Shown: one piece after another, positions 1 to 11,535 of the stretch
Layout of the letters: the number at the start of each line of letters is the position of its first letter
Position numbering within the stretch: position 1 is the first letter of the stretch
Source of the DNA: Camelus ferus
Lineage: Eukaryota
NCBI RefSeq assembly: GCF_009834535.1
Contig: NC_045697.1
Coordinates: 99,202,001 to 99,266,000 of the forward strand
Length of the DNA stretch: 64,000 bases
Direction of reading: 5' to 3'
The notes under the pieces: model-generated
Told to the model about the DNA's origin: nothing
Database searches by the model: none
What the model saw: the letters and a program-made list of their open reading frames with translations, nothing else
Program-made: the position numbers and the translations under genes

Positions 1-1149
1 CTCTACAAGACATTTTGTTAGATGTTTGTCCATCCATCCATCTGTGAAAAATCACGGTGATTGATTGAGAGATGGGTCCTACACTGAACATAATGTATTT
101 GGAGACAGATGTCCAACATATCACAGTCACCCAGAGGGAACCTTCTCGCCCATATGATTCCTCTTCTAATGTCTGATGTTCAAACTGACATTTGAGGCAG
201 AGAGAAAAATGTGTCCAGATCAAACTCTCTAGCTGAATAGTATGGGGCCCTACAGTTATGACAGAAAAGAGAAAAATCACAGCAGGAGAGCAGCCAAGGA
301 ATTTCTCTTGGGAAACAACATCAAGGGCTTTGGGGACCACCATGTGCTGCCTTGAATATCAGCATAAGCAGAGCAAATGTGGCTGAACAGGGAGATGTCC
401 CGAGGGCTCACACAGCAGGAAGACCCTTGCCTCCCACCACTCCCCAGTCTTGCCCGGGGGCCCAGCCTTCCTCCGCATGTTGAACAAGCAGCATTTCTCC
501 CTCTCTAACTTTCTAGCTGCTATTAGTCTGTGGGAAACCAACCCTAGGTCTTGCCATAAATTACTTTAGCACATAGGCCAATTGCCTTCTAGGTGATAAA
601 AAGAATTAGCAGATGTCAGAGGCTATCTCTAGGATTATTGGACACTTTTGTGTTTTCTTTACCTTTATTTGTACCTTGCTATTTTCATAAGAAGCATGCA
701 TTATTTTAATATTTGGGGGAGAGGAAAATGATGAAAGATAAAACATTTTTCTGCCTCTGTCGTTGATGTTGAAATGAAGGAATGAATCGTGAAGCCTAGA
801 GCCAAAGCAATAGCTCACTTTCACACGAGGGATAAAAGTGAACGTGATACTGATTTCTGGCAAAAATTCAGGACAAAAGATTAAACACAGAATCTGTGAA
901 AATATGTAAAACAAGGAAGCCACTGTTTGCACCATTCCTTTGTTGTTAATCTGCTGCAGCGGAGGCATGCTATGTATATCACGTTTCTCAAGCCAAGGTG
1001 GTATTTAATAGTCTCTCTCGTGATGACTTCTGGACAAAATGGAAAAAGGTGCAGAGAATTCAAAGGTAGGCTGCTTGGAAGCTGATGGAAATTCTGGGCC
1101 CTACTGAGGTCCAGATGGTGTGATCCTGGAAGGAGTTCTCTAATGGGGA

Positions 1150-2070
1150 ACGACAAGTCACTGTCGTTGATCTGGATGCAGGTAGCCGATGTGACGATAC
1201 AAACCTGAGAAGATGAGGTCAAGACCCTACCTGCGGAGTTTCTGAGATGCTGGAAACCTCAGTAGAAACTCAGATCAAACTCAACAGAGATAAGTCTTGA
1301 ATTTAGGTTAAAAAAATCAGCTGTGCAAGTTCAGAATGGGAGGCAGGGCAGTGGGTTAAACAGAATGTGGGCTTTGGAGTCACACAGTCTGCTGGGTTCA
1401 AATCCTAGCACCTTGGGTGAATTACAACCTCACTCAGCCTCCATGTAGATGGGAGAAGGAAGTACTGACAGTACATTGACCAGCACAGGGCCTGGCTCAT
1501 GGGCACAGGACGTGCTCAACAACTGGTAGCTGCTATTATTATCATTATTAAACCTGGTCTGATGAGTCTGTCACATGTGTACCATGAAGGAGTTTCACCA
1601 CCCACGAGAGCAGTAAGAACTGACAAAGTGACGAGGCTGTAAAACAAGGGAATCCGAAATCGTACCATCATAGCCCATACTGATCAGAAACCATCTGGAA
1701 TCCATCGCTCAGCTCAGGACGCCATGTCTTAAGAGAGACATCAGGAAGCTGGAGGGTGTCCAGCTGTGTGACACGACAGTGAGAAATAGCTGAAGGAACT
1801 AAAATTATTTGGTAAGGAAAAATGAATCTAACACGGATCACAATAAAGCTCTCCAGATACTTGAAGCGTTCTTCAAGAGAGAAGCAAGTTACTCCGTTGT
1901 TCGCGAAGACAAATCTCTACAAGTCTTCAGCAGAGTTTGGTTAATCAAAGGGAGCACTTTTCAACTGATGTGACAGAGGAACAGATTGCTTGACGAAGCA
2001 GCAAGTTCTCGGTCACTGCAACTGTTCAGAGAGGGTCTGGGTGGGCATCCCTTAGGGAGATGGAGAGGTT
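1150..2070 (+). mobile_element. L3/CR1 LINE 3' fragment, interrupted by a MIR
   Basis: CR1-type RT/3' motifs: 'aaactcaacagagataagtc...aaaaaatcagctgtgcaagttcagaatggg', 'gagagacatcaggaagctggagggtgtccag', 'gctgaaggaactaaaattattt', 'gtcactgcaactgttcagagagggtctgg'. Confidence 0.75.
1345..1550 (+). mobile_element. MIR SINE nested in L3
   Basis: 'tgggctttggagtcacacagtctgctgggttcaaatcctagc' head and 'gtgctcaacaactggtagctgctattattatcatt' tail. Confidence 0.8.
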
Positions 2071-2238
2071 TTCACTGCAGCTGCTCCCCCTTCTTTCCCT
2101 TCCGTAATCCAGCAGTAACAGCCTCTACCCAACCAGGCTCCTTTTTGTCCCATTAACTACAGTTAGGTAAATGGAGGGTCTCCCGTTTCCTAACCTTTCC
2201 CACTAGGGCACAGAAGGTATGTTCTCATGTACAGAAAC

Positions 2239-2660
2239 ATATTCATCCAACAAGCATTCATCAGTAGCCGTCTGCAGGCTGGGACAGGGGCAACGAAGAA
2301 GAAACCAGCGTGTGCACGGGGGGCACCCAGGCTATTGAGAAAACAGACTCCTAAACAGATGCCTGTAAAGGGGTGAGGCCAAGTGCAGTGACAGAGATCA
2401 GCACAAGGGTCCCTGAGGGTACAGAGAAAGTTCAGCCAACCCAGCCTGACTGGGGCAAGGATGGTCAAGGAGGGTTTTCTGGGGGAGCAGACTTTGGAAG
2501 TGGTACAGAGATTGTTCAAGGAAAGATTCAGAGACAGTGAGAACAATATGAGCAAAGGAATGGAGGTAAGAATCAGCCCTGCGGACAATCTCATGTGTTG
2601 CTGGTCTGGGAAGTACAGAGCATGGGGCAGCAGGGAAACCGGGCTGGAGTTGGGTGAGAG
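2239..2660 (-). mobile_element. L2 LINE 3' fragment
   Basis: 'cattcatccaacaagcattcatc' tail; 'ggtcaaggagggttttctgggggag' and 'gagcaaaggaatggagg' antisense L2 motifs. Confidence 0.7.
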
Positions 2661-2769
2661 CCCAGATAGTTCCCCACAGGTGTGTAAGAGTTCACATGTC
2701 CGATACATGAACTCACGTTACCCGGGATGCTTCCTCAAGGTGCAGAGTCCCATTGGTCCCTGCCCTCTA

Positions 2770-3050
2770 GGACTTATTGTGCAACTGTCTGTTTCATTAC
2801 CGTATGTCTGCTCTGCTCCCTGGGGGCAGAAACCTTGTTTATCTCATTTATTGCTATATCCCCAGTGCCTCGCCCAGTACCTGGCACATAGTAGGTGCTG
2901 TATGCTTTCATTGAAATAAAGATTGGGAATAGAAAGGATGCAACCTCACAGGACAGTTGTGAGGTTTCTCTATGTTACTATATATATATCTTGCTTCGAG
3001 CAGCCCCTGGCCCCAGTAAGCACCAATAAGGGAGAGCTATTATTATTAGT
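2770..3050 (+). mobile_element. L2 3' end followed by a MIR fragment
   Basis: 'atatccccagtgcctcgcccagtacctggcacatagtaggtgct' (L2 tail); 'acctcacaggacagttgtgagg...agctattattatt' (MIR). Confidence 0.7.
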
Positions 3051-3727
3051 ATTCATTAGCATTTCTAGTTCTCCTGTTTTGTTGGTTTTGCAAGCCCACT
3101 CTGCTTAGTACTTTTGCTTTTGTGGCCACCCTTGCTTAATAAATTTTGATGAGTAACAGTGTTTGCCAAACAGTAACAGCCCCCAAAGAAATCCTCAAAG
3201 TACAGAAAGTTACAGAAATATTCAGCATCAGAAACCACAAAATGACATGCAAAGGAGACAGTTGAGAGACTGGTTTCCTTGATGGGATCCTCAGGCCCAT
3301 CTCTGCATCTCTTAGAAGAGAGTGCAAGTGTCAGGCAAGTGCCCCTTGCTAGACTGATGGCCAAAAAGTGTGCCCCCAAAGTGACCTCTGGATAAAAGGC
3401 AGGTGGAATACTGGTGGGAACAGACGGGCATCTGTAGACCCCATTGACTCTAACAACCTGAAGGGAGTTTAATCTGGGAGGGTGAGGGCAGGCACAATTC
3501 CACAGCTTCCATAAAGAGGGCAGGAGTCGGGGATGCACATTTGGTGGTCCAAGGACAAAATCCAGGCTTCTCACATTCCTCTGGCTTCTCTGCATGTAGT
3601 GTCTTCCCGGCCCAGGACTGGCTGGTCTTGGTTATAGGGAAACTGACCAGGGGTGTCTGGTGTATGCTGTTGCTTCTGACGATTAACTTTCTCTGAGAAT
3701 CCAAGGACTAACCAGGAACAACAATTT

Positions 3728-3869
3728 AATTTTTTTCCTTTTTTTTGGAGAGGGGTAAGAAATTAGGTTTATTTACTTATCGTTATTTTTAATGGAGGTA
3801 CTGGGGATTAAACCCAGGACCTCGTGCATGCTAAGCACATGCTCTACCACTGAGCTATACCTTCCCTCT
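3728..3869 (-). mobile_element. Camelid tRNA-Ala-derived SINE (vic-1 type), long-tail form
   Basis: Reverse complement reads gagggaaggtatagctcagtggtagagcatgtgcttagcatgcacgaggtcctgggtttaatccccagtacctcca plus an A-rich tail; TSD aacaacaattt at 3717-3727 and 3870-3880. Confidence 0.9.
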
Positions 3870-4210
3870 AACAACAATTTGATTTTATTTAACTTTTAAG
3901 GGTCTGGTAAAAAGGTCAGTGCAAGAACTTAACTACAGAGGGGAAATTTTTCCTACCATGGGCCTCCTATTCAGCCTGGAAAGAACTGAACATCCTTCTC
4001 CTTTTTCAAGTCTCAAAAGGATACATTCCTTAAAGAAAATCCTGGCATCTCTCCTCCCTCTGGATGACTAAGGCCCAAGGCAAAGTTAGAGAAGAGCCTA
4101 GATTCTGTGAGAACAGGTACGGCACTGCTCTGAGTCGGCTGCTGTGGGGCCATCTGTTTAACCAAGTCCAAGTCCAGGGCTAAGAGGCCACAGAAGTAAA
4201 ACATAGCAGG

Positions 4211-4266
4211 GGAGGGGCTTCAAGATGGCAGAATAGGAGGACGTGGAGCTCATCCTCTTCCACAAA
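4211..4266 (+). mobile_element. Extreme 5' end of an L1 5'UTR (about 56 nt)
   Basis: 'ggggcttcaagatggcagaataggaggacgtggagctcatcctcttccacaaa' resembles the laurasiatherian L1 start (YY1 motif caagatggc); flanked by taaaacatagcagg / taaaacatacctgg. Confidence 0.7.
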
Positions 4267-5319
4267 TAAAACATACCTGGTGTAGGTCCCTATATCTGGG
4301 CTTCTGGTCGGATTTGAATCAAGAGAGAAAATGAAGCTTAGGTGTTCAAAGCTCAGGGAAAGGTGGAATGACTTTAGCTGCCCAAGTGAACAAAATTACT
4401 GAATTAATCTAATTGAAAAAACCTGTTCAGCATTGGATTTTAAAAAAAATCATGTTGATGCTGCCCATGCTGATGTGGCTGAGTGCTGGACTGGGAAGAC
4501 ATTTTAGCCTCAGGGTGCTTGCCGGATTGCATCTTGCAGCTCAACAGGAAATATCTGGAGTCACAGCTAAAGATATCGTGACATGTTCAGAAATTTACAA
4601 GCAGTTGTAACAGTGGTGCGATGGCGGTCAGAGGGCTGAAGGGCTCCCTTTCAAATGAGACAGGCCGCTGAATTAAACACTTGAATATACCAAGTTCATG
4701 GCAGGCAGAGTGCACCTGACAGGCTAAAAATAGCCAAAGTGGAAGCACTTCTGTTGCTAAAATCACATGGAACTGATATATCCCTTTTCTAAACTAACAA
4801 AGAAATGGGCGAGGTGGGGGGAGTGGATGGGCTCTGAGGTTCCAAAAAGAGGGTGAGAAACCATGCCAAAGTGAAGGAAGTAATTTCCTACCTTTGCCAC
4901 TTTTCAAAAATAAACAGCTTCCCTAAGCGGAGTAAACGGAAACGGCAGTGATCAGTGTATTATTTTTTAATAACATGAGACAGAAATGGTAGCACCAAAA
5001 AAGACACTGCACACCCGGATCCGTAGTCCTGCTGACCAGCAATCCTGCTGACAAGCAAGCTTTTTCCATCTTGGTCAGAAACCATTTATTTTTAAACATC
5101 ATTTTGCCAGACTCCCTTATCAGCAAGCCCACGCCCCGCTCACTAATGCCTGGCTGGAAAAGTGCCTACTGACTTGTGTCACACGCCTGGCAAAGCTGCT
5201 GGCTTGGGCATGGACAAAGGTGAGTGTGTGGGGCTGCCGGAGAGAGCAGGCCACTGCCCCTTCTAGAATGGCCAGTGGATCCAAGCACAAGTTCACTTTC
5301 ATTCCTTCATGAACTTCAT

Positions 5320-5460
5320 TCCTAGGGCATGCTCATCTTCTAAGTCTCAATTTTCCTAGAACGGAGCTAATAAAGATCACCCCGATGACCTTGTAAGGCT
5401 GTCGTGGAGACAGAATGAGCTAATGCAGGCGAGAGCATTTTGTGGATCTGGAAAGCCTGA
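5320..5460 (+). mobile_element. MIR fragment
   Basis: 'ctaagtctcaattttcc...accttgtaaggctgtcgtggagacagaatgagctaatgca' core. Confidence 0.6.
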
Positions 5461-6292
5461 CGGAAGATGTGGCTGCTGTGAGTGGGCATCCTACTGGACA
5501 GGCAGGGAAGGAACAGCAACATCTCAGGTACTAGGAAGTGCTGTGCACACCGACTGCTAGTCTGTGTTCTCCTGAGGGGTGGCGCCATCTCTCACAGCTT
5601 AAAAGCAGTGTCCACATCCCCGTCCAGAGCAGCACAGGCTACTGGAAAACTTCTGCCTGCTTTCAACCTCAACTTGGTTCACTGTCACAATCGCTGGCTC
5701 TGCTCCTGTTTCAGTAGCTGCTCCTTTTCTGGGCGGCTCACAAAGCAGGGTTTGGCCCGGAGTCTTTGGGAAGCAGGGACCGAGGCAGAGGTGGGCCCAG
5801 CCTTGAGGTGAATGGCAGCTAGGCTAGCATCAGTGCCTCCCCCGGGACTGGTCCCCCAGGCTGAGGAGCTCCAGCTGGGAAGACGAGAGATGCTCATCTC
5901 TTCAGCAGCCCCACTAACAGCTGCTGTTTGGCCATCATTTAACTGAGGTGATTATAAAATACGCACGTGTGTTATCTGAATCCAGGAGGGAATATGAAAA
6001 AGTGAATTACTTGTGTTAGGAGGGTGGGACTATGAATGCTTCCCTTGTCTCTTTTCCACACTGTCTAAATGTTGTTAAATAGTCTTTAAAATAAAGAAGG
6101 AAAAGAACTGTAATTGGAGTTTTAACATTTTATAAAACGGCACCTGGCTACCCTGATTTTGTCTTTACTGGGCTTGAAAGTGCAAACTTAAAGAAATGCC
6201 ACATAGGCTAAAGTATTTCAATGTAATAATTATATTTTCAGCATTGAAAAAATTTTAAGGGTGGCCTCCTTCATTTCAAGGTGGTATTATTA

Positions 6293-6358
<66 letters not shown>
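6293..6358. repeat. (ATT)22 microsatellite
   Basis: Perfect trinucleotide run read directly. Confidence 0.97.
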
Positions 6359-7794
6359 TATGCAGTAAATGGCCAAAGGAGTGAGATATTAAAAAACTGA
6401 GTATCATATCATAGACTTTTTATTTGGAAAACGTTTTCCATCTATAATCTTTTCAATTAATAAAGAATGAAGTATTTATTGAGCACCTACTATGTGCCGA
6501 ACATTAGGCTGTGCATTCCCTCTTAGTTCAACTTTCCCCCTATTCTCCTTCCGCAAAGGAATCATCACTGGTTGTTTTGTCAGGTACTTAGCAGTCACCC
6601 TGCTTCATGCACGATTTTTTAAAAGCTGCATCTGTCAAGATGGTGGAAGTGAGGGGAACTCTAAAAACTTGGAGTTCTTCCAATCAACAACCATAAACCA
6701 CTGCACCTAGGGCAAGCCTTAGGAGTTTTTCAGAGGTACAACTATGCAGATCCTCTGATTTTCATCCAGACAATTCCAAGCTTCCATTTCCTCGAGCTTG
6801 ATTTCAGAAATCATTGACTCAATTTGACAAAGAGGTAAGTGGAGATGAGGTGCACCTGGTCCCCAGCTTCAGCGCACCCAGCAGATGAGGATCGGAACGG
6901 AGGAAAGAACCAAGTTTCCTGTTGAATTCTCCCCTTGAACCCCGGCTCTATCGCCGCAGTTGTGGGCAACTGGGGAGCCTCAGGAGACTTTACGTGTGAG
7001 GCTGAGCTACCTACTCCCTCTCCGTATTTCGGAATATACACATGAAACACTGGAGGTTATGACATACGTTCCTCCCTACCTCACAAACATGGCTTGTGGG
7101 CACATACCAGGTGTACACATCATCATCATCGCTCACTTCATTATCATACCAGTTTGGTCATTTGCAGAAATCACTTGCACAAAGAAATCTCTTTGCCTCC
7201 CAAAGAAACAAACACACACAATAAAACATCAGCGCCACAACAACTTTCCGGTTGGTACCAGTGATCTATTCTAACCTAAAAGCTCCACTCTGGGTCAGGG
7301 CCACCATCCGTCCATTTAGCTCAGCACTGAATCTCTTTTGGTGACACCAAGGGACACATTGAGGAACATGTTAGAAAAGGTGGCTGTTTATGTTGATGTG
7401 AAGCTCAGATGGTTAGGACCACACACCAAATCATGGAGCTTTCTCTAACACCCCTTATCACAGACCTATCAGCCACGAAATTGGTGTATGCTGTTTTAAA
7501 AGCTATTTATAATTCTGGATTTACCACATCTTCAGTTAATGAAATTCTATAAGCTTATGAAACCAGCTATGTAAATCAGTGGTGCTATTTTTTTTTTTTT
7601 TTTTTTGAATTTGCCTCTTTCAAACTTTAGGCTGGTCTTCCTGATTTTGTCTCAACACATCAGGATTTGGTGAAAATTTTTGTGTTGGCACAGATCACAC
7701 CCTGGGTAATTAAAAAAGAAATTGATTACATACAGCTTCTCTCAGTATTTCTATATTCAGACAGAAGAATCTAAACTTAAAAATTCATTCTCAC

Positions 7795-7955
7795 ATAGTG
7801 TTTTCTAAACTAAAGGTTCTGAACTTTGGTCTGGGTACCACGAATTAGCCATGGTTGGGCACGAAATCGCAAGCAAAGTTGTGTGTGCCTGCCTGCAGCT
7901 CTCTCTCAGATTCTCAAAGGCACCTATGACTCCAAAAAAGTTATCAAACACCACT
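7795..7955. mobile_element. hAT-Charlie-type DNA transposon remnant
   Basis: Ends 'tagtgttttctaaact' and 'cagattctcaaaggcacctatgactccaaaaaagttatcaaacaccact' are typical of Charlie-family MERs. Confidence 0.5.
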
Positions 7956-9901
7956 TTGATGGCTGATCAGATGGCCCTTTCTAGAAACTTCCTTAGTTCT
8001 GGCTAGTTATTTCTTGAGATACAATGGCTAAAATGGCATATAATATTCTCGATGAGAACTGTCAAAACGTCAAACAAGATTATTTTGTTACGTGCCTCCC
8101 TCACACTGAGAGGGGCTCTGAGGTCCCTAAGTCCTGATGTAGCAGCAGGTGAGATTAAGTCAAATCACACTCTCCTGAAGACACGTCTCAGGGACATGGA
8201 ACACACAAAAAGCTGCTTTTGTTGTGCGCTCTCTTGTCAGGTTGTGCTCTAATCCAGGGGTGAAGACCATCTGCACAACAGGGACACTCTCTGGTTTACT
8301 GAAATGAGACTTTTCCAGGAAAACCATTTTGAATGGTGTTACCTTACAAGAGGCTGCAAGATTTAATAGTATAATCACCAGGAAGTTATATGTGCATATG
8401 ATGTTTATCAACCAGTAATACAATCTGAGTGATTCTGAAGAACTCCCATGTCCAGGCTGCTTTTCTCAGACAGAAAGATTCGGAGCCATCCCGAGAAATA
8501 TTCTCATTACCTCTGAATATGAATAAAATAAATAACGGTACTGGAAAAAATTTTGAATCCTCCTGGCTTGAATGGGCTTAGGGTGGAAGCTCTTAATGTC
8601 TAGCAGTTACTTCCAAGGGCAAGGAAGGAAAAGAGAGTCCTCACTTTAGTACTTAACTTACTAAGGACTGTCTCTTTGCGTCCCTTGTAACCAGCCACTC
8701 CCAGACTCCTAAGAGAGCTGTTAGATAGGGCGGAGGAAGAGAGTTGGCCATAGTTGGGGTGAAGCAGGACAGAATAGGACCCTGACGTCAGAGGGTGAGG
8801 CAGGCACTTGGTTAGAAAGTTGCTCTTTGTTCCTAAAAATAAAATGTCTGATCCTCCCTTTTTGGATTCTTCCCTGGAATGAAGCCAGCCAACTGCTGGC
8901 CTCTTTTTATGATCAGCTCAATAGCCCTCAGCCCAAAGGTGAACCCTGAAGATCCTCCAGATCTTCTGGTCCCTGGTACGATGCTACGCAAAAAAGTAAA
9001 TGACGTAGGAGTAAGGTTCTCTTGAAAGGACACAGCTGCGGTGTAGATTTGTCAAGCAAAATGGGCTCAACAGAAAGGGTGGGTGGGTAGGACTAGGGAG
9101 AGAAAACCAGGTCAGAAAGGCTGTCTAGAGGTGGTGAAAGGACTAATGGCTTTAGAAAATTTTCCAGGAGGACTAGGTGGCAAGGATGCCTCATAGAAAG
9201 ACCTCCCATGAAGGAGCCATACCACACCTTCCTTCTAGAGAGTTCTCCATTCATGAAGTCTTCACCCAAAGTTACAGCTTTGGGTAATAAAATGACAGTG
9301 ATGTATTATGCTGCATAGACAACAAACAGAAGGGCCATAACCCCTTTCCTTTGAAGAGGCTCTATTTGGGGAAGGTTTTGGGCAGCCATTGTATAGACAG
9401 ACTCCATGCTGTGATGAACCCAAGAACGGAAGCTGTTTTTCAGAGCTCATCTAAGATTGAGCCTCATGTGCTGGGCTGATACTCTTCTGTATAAAGAGCT
9501 TTCACCACACAAAGGGATCCTTTTTGCATTGTCCTTCTTAACTATCCCATTGTGCGGCCACTTTAAGACTAAATGCATTAAAAAAAATGTCGGGTAGTGA
9601 AGAAGACCTTCCTTTCCCTGAAAGAAGAAAAAGAGTCTGTGAGCATTAGCACTAATGCTCCAATATATTTGGCCCATCAGCAAACACTGGGAAGAAGATT
9701 CACTCAAACCTGAATTATTATTTCCTGTATAAGTAGTTGGGACTATAGGATATAAAATAATGAGCAAAATCACCAGTTAATCTACAAACTATGCCTCAAG
9801 AGTTTAGCCTTTGGAAATAATTTTCTGGTTGAGAAAATAGAAGGTATAAAAGATGTCTCAGGGAATCCTTAGTTTATCAGAGTGCAAATTTCCCAGCCTA
9901 G

Positions 9902-10086
9902 GCCAGAGTTTCTTCGTTAGGTGGTCCAGAGAGACCACTTGTAGCAAAATCAGCTACAGGTATTTGAAGATGCAGATTCCAGGGGCCCATCATAGACTTG
10001 GATCTCAGGAGTGGGGCCTGAGAATCTTCATTTTGAACAAGCTCACCTGGTGATTCTTTTGCACATTAATGTTTAGGAATCGCTGC
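9902..10086 (+). mobile_element. MER5-type hAT-Charlie MITE
   Basis: 'atgcagattccaggggcccat...gtggggcctgagaatcttcattttgaacaagctcacctggtgattct'. Confidence 0.8.
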
Positions 10087-10113
10087 TATGTCTTTAACAT
10101 CCCCCTATTCTTT

Positions 10114-10156
10114 AAAGCAAGCAAGCAAACAAACAAACAAACAAACAAACAAAAAA
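10114..10156. repeat. (AAGC)3(AAAC)n compound tetranucleotide repeat
   Basis: Read directly. Confidence 0.9.
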
Positions 10157-11429
10157 GGGTATTACAGTTCTTCAGGTATAGTTCTTGTTCACCCAGTTCA
10201 CAGACATTTTAAAGAAGTTATCTTAACATTACTGGCCCTCCATTAACTTTTACATGTATTATAGCAAGACTTAAAGAATGAGCTGTCCAAAAATGGAACG
10301 GGTTCGTGAACTTTCCGTCAGTGGACATGGTTAGTGGAATACTTAGCAAGGATACCATACAAAGGTGTCAGGTATAGGTAGAGGGTCCCAAACCTGAACT
10401 AATATATTACATTTCCTCCAGCTGTGGTCCTATGATAATATTATAACAACATCAGCTTTAATATATCAAGTACTACATTTTATAAAGTCTAAGCATACAC
10501 TCAAATTTTACTGGTAGCTTGTAAAAGCAGAAAGAAAACCGGTCTATAAATCTGAAGTCCAGAAGCTGAGAACAGAACCAACAATGAACTTGGGGATTCT
10601 TAGCTTTAATTCTAGCTCCGAAACTTATTGGCTGAGCATGTGCTCCTGATGACGAACAGATAAAGGGCAGAGTCCGTCATCTTCACAATGGTCTCCACAT
10701 TCCAATCATCCCAATATCTGATGGCACTGAAATGACTGCTGAGCCATCTCACCCTTCAGCTTGGCGCTCATCGGATCATAGACCTTACATCCCGCCCAAG
10801 GCTTTTAGGTTCTTCAACCCTAAAGAAGGATATCACTAAAGGATTAGGAAATCACAATTCTCAAGAGGATAAATGCCCACCCGTGCTAGTTGGTGCAGCT
10901 GTTTTCCACCGCCCTAGAGTTACTCTTCACTGTCAAGAATGTGTGTGTGCATGGATCATTGCTACTCCAGGAAAAGAACTCCAGCAGAAATGGTGGTGAG
11001 GGTGAGATTGCAGCTTACCAAAAGGCTCAGTGTTAATGGGAATGGAAGATGGGCTTGTGCCAAAAATAAAAAGGAGGTCTTGAAATTCCCCAACTAATTA
11101 TACCAACAATTCAGAGTAGGTGCAGAGTGAATTTGTGGAGCCTGAATTATCTGGTAAAATCATGTACAAGTATCCAATTGATAAAGTGATTGCCAAACTG
11201 CTGCACTTCTGTTCATGGGGTATGGATTGTACACAAGCACTGTGGCAGATCTGGACCTCAGGCTTCAAAAGGGCACTTTGAGACAATGGCTGAGAATAGA
11301 GATATTCGGATGAGAAATTACAACAGGACCATTGTGAACTCACATATAGGGATTGTTCCTAATTGAGCACTTTACGTCTGAAACAGTTTTCAAGTTTTGG
11401 AATCTAAAACAAATGGAATCTAAAACCAC

Positions 11430-11535
11430 ACCTGGTTGTCCTAGCACTGTGGTTGGCACACAGCAGAAGTTCAATCCATAGTTGTCAAAAGATGAAAGAA
11501 TGAGTGAATGAAGGAATAAATGAGTGAATGAATAG
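11430..11535 (+). mobile_element. L2 tail
   Basis: 'cctagcactgtggttggcacacagcagaagttcaat' plus a (GAAT)n-like terminus. Confidence 0.7.

Noticed and set aside
2190..3595. Longest ORFs in the track (172, 152 and 176 aa)
   Set aside because: They overlap L2/MIR remnants or low-information sequence, with no recognisable domain and no exon structure.
4280..4640. Possible processed pseudogene after the L1 5' fragment
   Set aside because: The frames I translated have scattered stops and no peptide I recognise; no poly(A) or TSD.
6770..6834. + strand exon-like segment (ccag|...gag|gtaagt)
   Set aside because: Stops in all three frames, and opposite to the inferred gene orientation; likely a pseudo-exon.
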